Position numbers and translations under genes: made by a program. 64,000 nt of DNA from an uncultured virus (IMG/VR IMGVR_UViG_3300031857_000107) (Duplodnaviria > Heunggongvirae > Uroviricota > Caudoviricetes), in IMG/VR virus record IMGVR_UViG_3300031857_000107; one strand, 5' to 3'. Of the stretch, positions 47,396-57,216 are shown one piece after another. Each line of letters opens with the position of its first letter. Positions within the stretch are counted from its first letter, which is position 1. The notes under the pieces were generated by a model, which did not search any database, was not told the DNA's origin, and saw nothing but the letters and a program-made list of their open reading frames with translations.

Positions 47396-47691
47396 AATTC
47401 ATTCTCAACATAGATGGAACAAATACTGGTGGTAAGTTTTTGGAAAATTATGTTGGGCAGGAAGTGGATTTAGAATCTTTATATAAAGATATAGATATCA
47501 ATTCACCGCCGCTTGCTATCCTTAAGACGGAAGACGGCAAACAACATAGTGTACAATTAATAGATGTAAGATTTATTAATGAATTTATTTTTATTAATTG
47601 TTTTGTTATTCAACATGATGATAAACACGGCGGCAAAGCTTTGCTAAGATTGAAGCCTGTTTGCGATTTAGAAAAGATCGTTAATCCGTAA
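47392..47691 (+). CDS. hypothetical protein
   Basis: ORF. Confidence 0.55.
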   Translation: MKFILNIDGTNTGGKFLENYVGQEVDLESLYKDIDINSPPLAILKTEDGKQHSVQLIDVRFINEFIFINCFVIQHDDKHGGKALLRLKPVCDLEKIVNP

Positions 47692-47698
47692 ATTTAAA

Positions 47699-47772
47699 GC
47701 GAGTATAGCTTAGTGGTAAAGTTCCAGTTTTCCAAACTGGCAATGACGGTTCGATTCCGCCTACTCGCTCCA
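47699..47772 (+). tRNA. tRNA-Gly (anticodon TCC)
   Basis: GCGAGTA/TACTCGC acceptor, T73-CCA, CCAGT-TT-TCC-AA-ACTGG, TTCGATT. Confidence 0.93.
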
Positions 47773-47777
47773 CTTTC

Positions 47778-48062
47778 ATGACTCATAAATTTGCCGTAGT
47801 AGTAAATAAAACTTTTTACGATAAAGTTCAGTATAATAATGATTTCTATTTGCGAGTTTTAGTATTAGATGTAATACGCGCATTATCAGATGAAAGCGAA
47901 GCTGTAGAAAAATACAGCACAGAAATATTCTACAAATGCGCTAAAAGCATATCAAGTGAAGTAAGAATGTTTGAAGATGAAATGTCGTATATATTTTATC
48001 TTGAATTGAGTAGCGGATACCTCGAAAATTTTTTTGAAGAACCTCTTGACGATTTGGAATAA
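47778..48062 (+). CDS. hypothetical protein
   Basis: ORF. Confidence 0.55.
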   Translation: MTHKFAVVVNKTFYDKVQYNNDFYLRVLVLDVIRALSDESEAVEKYSTEIFYKCAKSISSEVRMFEDEMSYIFYLELSSGYLENFFEEPLDDLE

Positions 48063-48073
48063 CCTGCCATAAT
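48046..48073 (+). promoter_or_regulatory. sigma70-type promoter of rIIA-like gene
   Basis: TTGACG-N16-CATAAT, ATG 8 nt later. Confidence 0.7.
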
Positions 48074-48081
48074 CACCCCGC

Positions 48082-50268
48082 ATGAAGATACTTGTTGCTG
48101 ATCGGGTCGTTGCGACTTCGCACGATTTTCCCACTGTAAACTGCACGATTGACGCTGAAGACATGAGGTACATTTCCTCGCTTCTGCGAAACAATTATTC
48201 AAATACGATTCTCGCGACCATTCGTGAGACTTATGCCAATGCTGTCGATGCCAACTTGGAGAACGATTTTCCCGTCCAAGCTATCGACATCAAATCGCCA
48301 ACTACTTTTGATCAGACTTTTTTTGTTCGTGATTATGGAACTGGTTTGAGTCGCGATCAGATTTTTAATCTGTATAGTAAGTTTGGCAAGTCTACCAAGC
48401 GTGGTTCCGATCTTTCAATCGGCGGTTTCGGCATTGGTCGATTTGCTCCGCTTTCCTATAAAGATAGTTTTACCATTACTTCTTATCACGAAGGTATCAA
48501 GTCTATTTATAGTGTTTATATCTCAGAAGAGAATGACACTAAGATTGACGAGATATTTTGTGAGCCTACCTTGGAAGCAAATGGTATTTGTATTTCTGTA
48601 GGTGTTTCGAGCGGCGATATCAACAAGTTCAATCAGGAAATTTCTTCATTCTTTAGTAATTTTGAAGTTCAGCCTCATTTCTTGAATTTGCAAGTTGACA
48701 TTGCAAAGCCTGAGATTGTTGCTTCTGGTACTAATTGGCAAATTCGCAAATCTGTTAATGGTTATAATCATTATTCAGTTGGTGAGCAGGGTATTGTAAT
48801 GGGCGGCATTTATTATCCTATCAATCCTGAACTTGTTGATTTCAAGAGTGACGATGATTACGCATGGACTAAGTATCTTAATAAGCTTGTTTTTATTGCT
48901 GATATTGGATCTGTTTCGCTGCATCACTCACGCGAAACACTTGAGTACAACAAGACTACTAAAGCTTATTTGAAATCCCGTTATCAAGCTTTCTGCAAAG
49001 AATTCACTGACTCTATCAAGAACAAGATCGCGCAATTTGATTGTTTGCGTGATGCTATGAGTTATTATTTTGATATTAAAAATACTTTTCCTCGAAACGC
49101 TTTTGACCAACTTCAAAATCAATTTGTTTTCAAGGGTTATAAAATTATTACTTGGAATTTCAATCGTTCTAGTTACGAAGAGAATGATAAAACGATCAGG
49201 ATTCCTGTTTATGCTAAGAATTATTGCATATCTGGTGATCGTGTAGCTATTTCTAAATGTTATACTGTTGGCAATGATAAAGATACTTATATTGTATTTC
49301 ATGATTTGCCAGACAATACGAAGGTCGTTCCTCGCGTTTACGAATTAGTTAAAAAATACAAAAACGTAGTCGTTGTTGCTCACGATCAATCAATCATTAG
49401 TTCTGCTACTCTTAATGGTGTTGACAAGTTTAAAGAGGTTAATCGATTTGATCTTGTCAAGTCTGGTTACTGCAATCTTAGTGAATTGACTCCAGTAAAG
49501 CTTCCTTCTACTAAAAAAGGTTCTGCTAGTTCATATACTCCTAATTATTTTTATAAGGTTGAAGGTTCTGCTTTCCGCTGTTCAACTATTTTCGGTCAAG
49601 AAATTAACGATACTTCTATTACTAAGCTTTATTTTCCCATCTCTGATGGAAAGCCTATTAATCAGTATTCACAATTTTACTACGAAAAGAATAAACTTAA
49701 TAGCCGTTTTTTTAGTGAAATAGTCCTATTATTTAGTACTCCAGTTTATGCAGTATCAAATAATGTAGCTGCGACTACTAAATTTAAAAATCGCGCTGAT
49801 TTCGTTGATATTATTAAGTATATCCAAGATAAATGGAATGCTTGTTCTGATGAAGTTAAGTCGTTGATTCTTGAATATATTTCTTGCAAGACTGATGACT
49901 TATATAATATTATGACTTTTACTGTCATGGTTGCAGATATTAGTACTTGTCAGAAATATGATTATAAACTGAATTTTTGTTCAGAACTTCTTAAGAAAGC
50001 AAATATGCTTGAATTCGCTAATTTTATTAAAAAATGGCGGAATGTACTCGAAGTTCTTAAAATTAATATGTCTCACGACAATGAAACTCCAGTTTCTATC
50101 TGCGGAAAATATCTAAAACAAGCAACCGAAGAAATTTATAAAAATTATCCAATGCTTAAAATTCACTCCGATCTTTACCATACTGATCGCAATAAAAATG
50201 AAGTTGAATTTAAGGCATACATTTCCTTCATCAACCAGCAAAATTCGGTTGACTTTTCGAAAATTTGA
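48082..50268 (+). CDS. rIIA: rIIA-like protein (GHKL ATPase N-domain)
   Basis: IRE..ANAVDA, VRDYGTGLS, STKR…IGGFGIG; SRETLEY; adjacent rIIB-like gene. Confidence 0.85.
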   Translation: MKILVADRVVATSHDFPTVNCTIDAEDMRYISSLLRNNYSNTILATIRETYANAVDANLENDFPVQAIDIKSPTTFDQTFFVRDYGTGLSRDQIFNLYSKFGKSTKRGSDLSIGGFGIGRFAPLSYKDSFTITSYHEGIKSIYSVYISEENDTKIDEIFCEPTLEANGICISVGVSSGDINKFNQEISSFFSNFEVQPHFLNLQVDIAKPEIVASGTNWQIRKSVNGYNHYSVGEQGIVMGGIYYPINPELVDFKSDDDYAWTKYLNKLVFIADIGSVSLHHSRETLEYNKTTKAYLKSRYQAFCKEFTDSIKNKIAQFDCLRDAMSYYFDIKNTFPRNAFDQLQNQFVFKGYKIITWNFNRSSYEENDKTIRIPVYAKNYCISGDRVAISKCYTVGNDKDTYIVFHDLPDNTKVVPRVYELVKKYKNVVVVAHDQSIISSATLNGVDKFKEVNRFDLVKSGYCNLSELTPVKLPSTKKGSASSYTPNYFYKVEGSAFRCSTIFGQEINDTSITKLYFPISDGKPINQYSQFYYEKNKLNSRFFSEIVLLFSTPVYAVSNNVAATTKFKNRADFVDIIKYIQDKWNACSDEVKSLILEYISCKTDDLYNIMTFTVMVADISTCQKYDYKLNFCSELLKKANMLEFANFIKKWRNVLEVLKINMSHDNETPVSICGKYLKQATEEIYKNYPMLKIHSDLYHTDRNKNEVEFKAYISFINQQNSVDFSKI

Positions 50269-50276
50269 GTTAGCAT
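50249..50276 (+). promoter_or_regulatory. sigma70-type promoter
   Basis: TTGACT-N16-TAGCAT. Confidence 0.6.
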
Positions 50277-50305
50277 AGTTGAACAGTTAAGGTGTAAAAA
50301 ATATT

Positions 50306-51415
50306 ATGAACAAGCCAGCATACATTGTCACCAGCAACGCAATCACGGTCATTTGGGAAGGTCAACCGTATACGGTGAATACGGATAATCCCAATTATAC
50401 TGGATTGAAGAACGCTCTGCTTAATGCAGAATACGACAGTATTGGTCGATTTCTTGATATCAAGAAGCAGATCGAAGACTTCTCGCATAACAGCATTAAG
50501 ATTGTTTCTGAGAAGGTTTATTACGGCAATTACGAACTGAAGGGTTTTGTAATTGATAAGTTGCTTGAGTTTTTGCGCTCAGGAGCTAAGGACGCTCAAC
50601 CTATTCTCAATTTTATTGAGAAGCTTATGTTCAATCCTAGCAAGAATAGTGTTGATCAGTTGTACACTTTTCTTTCGTATAAGACTTTGCCGTTGACTGA
50701 GACTGGCAATGTTATTGGATATAAAGGCGTTGATGCTGATTATTATTCAAAGCATGGCAACATTAATACTGTTGTCATCACTGGTACTGTAAATAAGAAT
50801 GGTTGCATTCTTAACAAGATTGGCGAAACTATTGAAGTTGCTCGTAACAGCGTTGATGATAATAAGGACAATCATTGTTCTCATGGCTTGCACATTGGCA
50901 GCTATGATTATGCAAAGGATTGGGCTGGTAACGACGGCCATCTTATGATGGTTGAGTTCGATCCTTCTAATGCAGTTAGTGTTCCTACTGATTGCAATTT
51001 CCAGAAGCTTCGCGTTTCTAAATACAAGGTCATTGGAGAAGTTCCTTTCGAGCGTATTAAAGAAGAAGAAGCTCCTCTTAATGAGCCATATTACAACACT
51101 GATGAAGAAATCAGCGTTGATGATGACGATGATGATTGCGACGAGGATTGTGGTTGCAATATCAATGAAGGCTATGAATATAGTGATGCTACTATTCTTG
51201 CCATTAAGAATTACGTTGAGGGTCGCGTTGAAGGTGGAACACCTGCTACCCTCAAGTCCATTCAGTCCCGCCTAAAGGGAACGCATATCACTTGTCAAGA
51301 AATCAAGGATATTTGTTTGGATCTAGGATTTACCGTTCATGAAGACGATAACATTGCTTTGTCTAATAGTCTTGTAACTATTGTGACAGTCAGTGAAAAG
51401 TCTGACGATCAGTAA
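50306..51415 (+). CDS. rIIB: rIIB-like protein
   Basis: NF.EKL..NPS…LY.FL…G..IGYKGV, CSHGLH, VSVP.D…K.RV..Y.V. Confidence 0.85.
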   Translation: MNKPAYIVTSNAITVIWEGQPYTVNTDNPNYTGLKNALLNAEYDSIGRFLDIKKQIEDFSHNSIKIVSEKVYYGNYELKGFVIDKLLEFLRSGAKDAQPILNFIEKLMFNPSKNSVDQLYTFLSYKTLPLTETGNVIGYKGVDADYYSKHGNINTVVITGTVNKNGCILNKIGETIEVARNSVDDNKDNHCSHGLHIGSYDYAKDWAGNDGHLMMVEFDPSNAVSVPTDCNFQKLRVSKYKVIGEVPFERIKEEEAPLNEPYYNTDEEISVDDDDDDCDEDCGCNINEGYEYSDATILAIKNYVEGRVEGGTPATLKSIQSRLKGTHITCQEIKDICLDLGFTVHEDDNIALSNSLVTIVTVSEKSDDQ

Positions 51416-51424
51416 TATTATAAT

Positions 51425-51685
51425 ATGAGTGAAACAGCTACAGTTACAGAGCCAGTTGTCTTGTTGAATGCCATCACTAAGGCAACTCCAGAACAAGTTG
51501 ACACATTGTGGTCAATTCTAAAGTATAAGGAGATTGGTATTTACCGAAAGATTAAGTGTATGAGTTCCGTTCTTGGACTTAATTTTGATAAGGTTGTTAC
51601 TGATCTTCCGAAGGATGAAACAGGTCGAATTCTTGATCACAAGACTCGCCATCTAATTCACGACATTCTAATTAAGAATTCCTAA
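51425..51685 (+). CDS. hypothetical protein
   Basis: ORF. Confidence 0.6.
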   Translation: MSETATVTEPVVLLNAITKATPEQVDTLWSILKYKEIGIYRKIKCMSSVLGLNFDKVVTDLPKDETGRILDHKTRHLIHDILIKNS

Positions 51686-51686
51686 A

Positions 51687-51884
51687 ATGAATAAACGATA
51701 TATCGTTAGAGACAAGGATGGTACATATCAGTCAGCCTATAATCTTGCGCTAGGAAAAAAGCAAGCGTATGATTGGGCTATGCAATGTGCTAAGTCTGTA
51801 AATGGTGTTATCTATTATGTAGAGGGTGACGCTAATAAGGAACAAGAAGTGTTTCGCGCTCCTGATAGTTACCGTCGCAATTAA
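51687..51884 (+). CDS. hypothetical protein
   Basis: ORF followed by terminator. Confidence 0.6.
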   Translation: MNKRYIVRDKDGTYQSAYNLALGKKQAYDWAMQCAKSVNGVIYYVEGDANKEQEVFRAPDSYRRN

Positions 51885-51896
51885 ACAAACAAGGTT

Positions 51897-51926
51897 TGCG
51901 GTCATCCTTAAAACCGCACTTTTTTT
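51897..51926 (+). terminator. intrinsic terminator
   Basis: tgcggt-loop-accgca plus T run. Confidence 0.65.
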
Positions 51927-51931
51927 ATTTT

Positions 51932-52138
51932 ATGGCTCATTTTGTAAAATTGCATCAACTAGATTTGCATCACGATAATAGTATGGCATATACGCCAATT
52001 CTTTTTAATATGGACACTGTTGTAAGTATTGAACCGAGTCCTAGCAAGAAGCATAGTATTATTATTACTCGTTGGAATAACAATGGCATTAGAGTGAAAG
52101 AAACTCTTGATGATATTTTTAAATTAGCAAATCAATGA
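51932..52138 (+). CDS. small hypothetical protein (FlbD-like pattern)
   Basis: FVKL…ILFN.D.V.SIE…I.VKET.DDI. Confidence 0.5.
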   Translation: MAHFVKLHQLDLHHDNSMAYTPILFNMDTVVSIEPSPSKKHSIIITRWNNNGIRVKETLDDIFKLANQ

Positions 52139-52278
52139 ACTGCGATTACTGCGGCAAAAAAACCGCTTTCTTAGAAGATCTTAATTATTGTTCTGTTTGT
52201 GTAGATTGCCTTGGAGAAATTGAAGAACAAGACGATAGCCCTTTCGATTTAAACCAAAACGATAGAAATCATGACTGA
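52135..52278 (+). CDS. small zinc-finger protein (47 aa)
   Basis: Not in track; MNCDYCG…VCVDC, acidic tail. Confidence 0.55.
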   Translation: MNCDYCGKKTAFLEDLNYCSVCVDCLGEIEEQDDSPFDLNQNDRNHD

Positions 52279-52642
52279 TAAAAATACTGAAAAACTCGTT
52301 AATAGATTTCCCTCTATTTTTAAAGAGAATTTTTATTTTGAATGCGACGATGGATGGTTTGATATCATCTTTAATCTTTGCAAAGACGTACAACATGAAA
52401 TTAATAATTCTGGTTGTGAACAAGTTGTCGCACTTCAAGTTAAAGAAAAGTTTGCAGGACTTCGATTTTATGTAAGCGGTGGAAACGAAGTGACCTCCGC
52501 TATGATTGATAAGTACGCAAAACTTTCTTCTGAAACTTGTGAAATTACTGGAGGAAAAGGCTATTTGCACGAAAAAAATGGATGGTATAAAACACTATCT
52601 ATCCAATCCGCTGCACTTCTTGGATTTAACAAGTGCCAATAA
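52271..52642 (+). CDS. conserved phage protein
   Basis: ECDDGW, QVKEKFAGLRFY, TCE.TG..G, W.KT. Confidence 0.7.
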   Translation: MTDKNTEKLVNRFPSIFKENFYFECDDGWFDIIFNLCKDVQHEINNSGCEQVVALQVKEKFAGLRFYVSGGNEVTSAMIDKYAKLSSETCEITGGKGYLHEKNGWYKTLSIQSAALLGFNKCQ

Positions 52643-52647
52643 AAAGC

Positions 52648-52674
52648 AAACCCTCCATTACTGGAGGGTTTTTT
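52648..52674. terminator. bidirectional terminator between convergent genes
   Basis: aaaccctcca-ttac-tggagggttt, A/T runs on both sides. Confidence 0.85.
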
Positions 52675-52675
52675 A

Positions 52676-52933
52676 TTAGTCTTTTTTTGGTGGCTTTGGA
52701 CCTTTGCGAGGTGGCCCCATCTTCTTGCGATCTTCTGGAGAGATTTTAGACCTTTCTTCTTTATCTAATTTTCCATCTTTATTCGTATCGTACTTTTTTA
52801 ACATTTCCTCACGAAATTCCTTGGAAATTTCTGGAGGTTTGCGATGATTTCCTCCTTGACCGGGAGGATGTTCTGGTGTACCTTGGGCGTTGAGTGAAAC
52901 AGTCAACGCGATGATTGTTAATAGATATTTCAT
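52676..52933 (-). CDS. secreted single EF-hand protein
   Basis: signal peptide MKYLLTIIALTVSLNA; YDTNKDGKLDKEE; Pro/Lys-rich. Confidence 0.8.
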   Translation of the reverse strand: MKYLLTIIALTVSLNAQGTPEHPPGQGGNHRKPPEISKEFREEMLKKYDTNKDGKLDKEERSKISPEDRKKMGPPRKGPKPPKKD

Positions 52934-52999
52934 ATCTATAATAATTGACACGTTAATTTCTAAAATAGATACAACTTTTACCTTTCCTTTACAAAAATT

Positions 53000-53674
53000 A
53001 TGAAATTACTTGATTTATTTTGTTGCGCTGGTGGCGCAAGCATGGGTTATCACCGTGCAGGATTTGAAGTGACTGGAGTTGATATTAAAGATCAACCTAG
53101 TTATCCTTTTAAATTCATCAAGGGCGATGTCATTGAAATCTTGAAAGATAAAGATTTTCTTAATTCTTTTGATGTTATTCATGCATCACCCCCTTGCCAA
53201 GGGTACAGCAAAGCTACAAAGCCTGATTCAATTTACGTTCATTATTCTCAAGGCAAAGACACGCCAAAATTAATACATCCAGTTCGTCAAGCACTTATTG
53301 AGACCAAAAAGTATTATATTATTGAAAATGTTGCCGGTGCAAAAGAATATCTCATAGAACCGTTTAGATTAACTGGTTATATGTTTGGTATGCCAATCGA
53401 ACGAGCGAGATATTTTGAATGTAACTTTCCAGTTGCACCATTAAAAAATATTGCTAAACGTGGATATTCTAAAAAATATGCCGAAGAGAATGGTATTGAT
53501 TATCGCGACATGAGCGTTACTGGCAAGAGTCGCCGCAAAGGTTCAATCGACGTTTGGCGCAAGGTTATGGATATGCATTGGCCTAAGCGAGGATGGGAAT
53601 TGACAGAAGCTATTCCACCTGCCTATACTAAATATATCGGTGAACAACTTTTAAAATATAAAAATACACAATGA
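53000..53674 (+). CDS. C5 cytosine DNA methyltransferase (short phage type)
   Basis: LDLFCCAGG, SPPCQ, IENV, R.R.F, EAIPP. Confidence 0.88.
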   Translation: MKLLDLFCCAGGASMGYHRAGFEVTGVDIKDQPSYPFKFIKGDVIEILKDKDFLNSFDVIHASPPCQGYSKATKPDSIYVHYSQGKDTPKLIHPVRQALIETKKYYIIENVAGAKEYLIEPFRLTGYMFGMPIERARYFECNFPVAPLKNIAKRGYSKKYAEENGIDYRDMSVTGKSRRKGSIDVWRKVMDMHWPKRGWELTEAIPPAYTKYIGEQLLKYKNTQ

Positions 53675-54150
53675 GTAACTTTGATATTTACGATCAAAAA
53701 GATCCTAATTTTATAAAAGATCTTAGAGAAAGCAGAGATGCTGTGATGGTGGCGGCTGAATGGCTTAATAAAAAAGGTTTTCCTGTTGTAATTAAACCTA
53801 CATTTGAAAGGCCGAAATCATCAGATATGGCAGAATTTGCTGATGATGGAGACTTGGAAATAATGCAAAGAATAGAAGTAAAAAGAAGAAAATCACTTAC
53901 TTTTACTTCAAAGGAAGATTTTCCTTATGATACTCTAATTATAGATGTCTGTCATACTTACGATAAAGCTAAAATTAAGCCTTATGCATATATTATTTTA
54001 AATGAAAAAATGGATTGCGCTTTTATAGCTTATTCAAAAAATCAAAAATTTTGGAAAAAAACTATTAAATCTGACCGCTTCAAAGGAAGAGATAGAGAAT
54101 TTTATGAATGCCCAATAGAATATGTAAAATTTGTAAAAATTAAAGAGTAA
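53671..54150 (+). CDS. putative PD-(D/E)XK nuclease
   Basis: DDGDL…RIEVK. Confidence 0.5.
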   Translation: MSNFDIYDQKDPNFIKDLRESRDAVMVAAEWLNKKGFPVVIKPTFERPKSSDMAEFADDGDLEIMQRIEVKRRKSLTFTSKEDFPYDTLIIDVCHTYDKAKIKPYAYIILNEKMDCAFIAYSKNQKFWKKTIKSDRFKGRDREFYECPIEYVKFVKIKE

Positions 54151-54161
54151 TTTTAAAAATT

Positions 54162-54383
54162 ATGAAAGCAATCTTAGAATTCAACCTACCTGAAGATCAA
54201 AAACGATTTGAGATGGCTAATCAAGCTATTGATATGTTTTCTGCTATTTGTCATTTTGAAGATAGACTGCGAAGCTATCATAAATTTGGACACGATTTTA
54301 AAACAGCAGATGAAGCTATCGAAGCTATTCGCACTCTTTTATATGAAGAAATTAACATTCGACGCATAAATATTCATGACTGA
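54162..54383 (+). CDS. conserved small phage protein
   Basis: MKAILEFNLPED. Confidence 0.65.
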   Translation: MKAILEFNLPEDQKRFEMANQAIDMFSAICHFEDRLRSYHKFGHDFKTADEAIEAIRTLLYEEINIRRINIHD

Positions 54384-54660
54384 CGTACAAAAAGATATAG
54401 TTAAACTTACCGAAGAATGGTATGAGCTTATCAGTAGCAATCATCATAAAGATAAAGATTGCCATTGGTACATAGAAACTCGTTGGTCTTATGGTGAAAA
54501 ACCTGAGTATAGGGTTTTACATAATGGTTATGTTACAGATGATATAGAAATAGCTTGCGACTCTTATGAAACAGCGTTGACAGAGTTGCGAATTATTCTA
54601 AAACGAGCCATTGAAAGAGAAAAAGAATTAGAAAAACTACCAAAGCATAATGACTGGTAA
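54376..54660 (+). CDS. hypothetical protein
   Basis: HHKDKDCHW motif. Confidence 0.6.
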   Translation: MTDVQKDIVKLTEEWYELISSNHHKDKDCHWYIETRWSYGEKPEYRVLHNGYVTDDIEIACDSYETALTELRIILKRAIEREKELEKLPKHNDW

Positions 54661-55066
54661 ATCTAAAGGATTTACTCTTATAGAGATAGTATTGGCGACA
54701 GTGATATTATTATCATTGATCGCCGCTCTTGTTATTAACTTTGATTCTTTTAACGCTAACAGATATGAGGAAGCTAGAGAGAATTTAAAAACCTTTCTAA
54801 TAAATAAACGTCATCAAGCAGCATATCATCAAAAACAATCTGAGCTATCTTTTTCTGAAGATTATACTATAAATTCTATAGAAAATCCTGATGAACTTGC
54901 CGCAATAACTAACGATTTAAAAATAATAGAAACATCTGCAACAAAAATCATTTTTTTCCTTGACGGTACAATAGAAGAAAGCTACATTGTCACCAGTTCA
55001 AATGATGGAAAAGTAACTAATACTTTTCGTATAAACGTCATTGGAAAAATAGACTACGATAAATAA
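54650..55066 (+). CDS. type IV pilin/pseudopilin-like protein
   Basis: KG|FTLIEI prepilin cleavage site with E5 and hydrophobic helix; F..DG. Confidence 0.8.
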   Translation: MTGKSKGFTLIEIVLATVILLSLIAALVINFDSFNANRYEEARENLKTFLINKRHQAAYHQKQSELSFSEDYTINSIENPDELAAITNDLKIIETSATKIIFFLDGTIEESYIVTSSNDGKVTNTFRINVIGKIDYDK

Positions 55067-55069
55067 TTT

Positions 55070-55648
55070 ATGTTAAAAATTAAAATCTGGATGCGTGGAA
55101 CTTTTGAGTATAGCCAAGATACTATTCTCGGTCCAACTGAAGATCAAACTCAAGAGCAATTTGAAGAATCATTCATTGAAAGCGATGAATGTTATTGGGG
55201 AGGAGAAGTTTACGAAACGTGTCCATACTTTGATGAACACGGCTGCGATTCTATAGACGTTTATCTTGGAGGCGACAACAATATTAGAAATCAAGAAGAA
55301 CCAATTTTTACAACCTCAGATTGGACTCAATTTAAATTTGAAGAAGGTGGTGGCTGCAATTATGTTCCCCAAGCTCCAGATAAAGTTGGCGAAGTAAATA
55401 TTTGGTGGTCCCATGATATGAAATTCAATCATATTTATTATTGGGAGAATGTTACAGAATTTGATCCTAAAAAGATTACAATCCAATACGGAACGAATCA
55501 AAAAGATCAAAGATATCTTGAAGAGATTTATTACGATGGCGAACCCCCTGATGATTATCATGATCATGGCGATACGGGCTATGGATATAATGGACCAGAA
55601 TTTATTTATCATCCAGATCAAAAATTTGCAGAAAACGATGAAGAATAG
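55070..55648 (+). CDS. highly acidic hypothetical protein
   Basis: ORF, D/E-rich. Confidence 0.6.
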   Translation: MLKIKIWMRGTFEYSQDTILGPTEDQTQEQFEESFIESDECYWGGEVYETCPYFDEHGCDSIDVYLGGDNNIRNQEEPIFTTSDWTQFKFEEGGGCNYVPQAPDKVGEVNIWWSHDMKFNHIYYWENVTEFDPKKITIQYGTNQKDQRYLEEIYYDGEPPDDYHDHGDTGYGYNGPEFIYHPDQKFAENDEE

Positions 55649-55657
55649 TCTATAATT

Positions 55658-55999
55658 ATGAGTATGAAATTTACTCGTAAGGGATTCTTCAAATCTATAT
55701 TCGGTGGCGTTTTAACGGCAGTTGCAGCACCTTCTCTTCTTAAAGCAGAGGAGAAACCTTTAAATGTTAAGACGAATGCCAATATTGGTTTAGGAATATC
55801 TAATCCAGCTTTTCCTTTAGTTGTATCTGGCCTGATCTTTCAAGTTGGAGAAAGACAAATACAAATGAGTGGAAATGAAAAAGGCGACTTTCAAATCAAA
55901 TGGTTAGATGTCAAGGAAAACGAATCCAATACTACTATTGTAATTAGTAAACCAAAAACCGATACTTTTAAGGCGCAATTTAAAAATGACATTCGATAG
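55658..55999 (+). CDS. protein with Tat-like signal peptide
   Basis: TRKGFFK…LKA|E; NIGLGISNP…LVVSG. Confidence 0.55.
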   Translation: MSMKFTRKGFFKSIFGGVLTAVAAPSLLKAEEKPLNVKTNANIGLGISNPAFPLVVSGLIFQVGERQIQMSGNEKGDFQIKWLDVKENESNTTIVISKPKTDTFKAQFKNDIR

Positions 56000-56756
56000 T
56001 CACAAAAAGAAAATAGTAATACTTTCTGATCTTCACAATAACATTGAGAAGTTCAATAAGATTATTCAGCACGAATCGGCAGACATAAACCTTTGTCTCG
56101 GCGATTGGTTTGATAGTTTTGTTTTGGACGAGAACGATGATTATAAAAAGACCGCTGATTATTTGATGCGATATCTATCTGCGCCAAATAATTATACTCT
56201 TTTTGGCAATCATGATCTGCATTATTTATTCAATAATCATTATACGATGTGTAGTGGTTATGAAGATAGAAAGTATTTTGCTATCGATGAGATTTTAGGA
56301 TCTGAGCGTCAAAACATAACCAATAAATTCAAATGGCGTTTTTGGGTTGATGGTATCCTTTGTACTCATGCAGGATTATTTCCTGACTATATAGATCCAT
56401 CTGTCAAAAATAATGAAGACTTGAATCTATTTTTTGTAAAAGAAATAGAACGCGCAAATATTGCTTTACGCACAGATCAAAATCACTGGTTCTATTTTGC
56501 TGGTCGTAGTCGAGGTGGCCCTAAGAAGGGTGGAGGAATTGTGTGGTTAGATTTCAAACAAGAGTTTCAGCCTATTGAAGGATTAAAACAAATCGTTGGT
56601 CACACTTATCATAAAAATGGTAGAGTTAATCCACACCATTTAGATGGCAACGTGAATCCAGCAGATTGCGACAACCTTTGTATTGACAATGGACTAAATG
56701 AGTATATAGTTATCAGCAACGGTAAGTTAGAAATTAAAAAATTTTTAGATATATAA
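55986..56756 (+). CDS. calcineurin-like metallophosphoesterase
   Basis: SDLH, GDWFD, GNHD, THAG, GHT. Confidence 0.9.
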   Translation: MTFDSHKKKIVILSDLHNNIEKFNKIIQHESADINLCLGDWFDSFVLDENDDYKKTADYLMRYLSAPNNYTLFGNHDLHYLFNNHYTMCSGYEDRKYFAIDEILGSERQNITNKFKWRFWVDGILCTHAGLFPDYIDPSVKNNEDLNLFFVKEIERANIALRTDQNHWFYFAGRSRGGPKKGGGIVWLDFKQEFQPIEGLKQIVGHTYHKNGRVNPHHLDGNVNPADCDNLCIDNGLNEYIVISNGKLEIKKFLDI

Positions 56757-56759
56757 TTT

Positions 56760-57215
56760 ATGCCTTTCGAATATCACGCAAAAGTAAATAAAGTAATAGA
56801 CGGCGACACTATCAATGTCGATCTTGATCTAGGATTTAATGTAGTATTGTCCAATCAAAGTGTACGTCTTCTTGGAATCGACACTCCTGAAAGCCGAACA
56901 TCCGATAAGGCGGAAAAAGTTTTCGGGACTCTCAGTAAAAATAAAGTCAAAGAATTCATTGACAAATGCGAAGGTCAAATTATCCTACAGACTGTACTAA
57001 GTGACAGCGAAGAAAAGTTTGGACGTTTGCTTGGTAAAATTATTAATCCAAAAGATAATACCGTTCTTAATGATTGGTTGATTATTAGTCATTATGCAGT
57101 AGCTTACAATGGAGAAAACAAAGATAAAGTCGCGCAAGCTCATTTATCTAATCGTAAATTTTTGATTGACAATAAAGAAGTGTCTATGACTTACACCGAA
57201 GCAGGGATAAAGTAA
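56760..57215 (+). CDS. thermonuclease (SNase-like)
   Basis: VIDGDT, VRLLGIDTPE, KFGRLL. Confidence 0.9.
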   Translation: MPFEYHAKVNKVIDGDTINVDLDLGFNVVLSNQSVRLLGIDTPESRTSDKAEKVFGTLSKNKVKEFIDKCEGQIILQTVLSDSEEKFGRLLGKIINPKDNTVLNDWLIISHYAVAYNGENKDKVAQAHLSNRKFLIDNKEVSMTYTEAGIK

Positions 57216-57216
57216 A

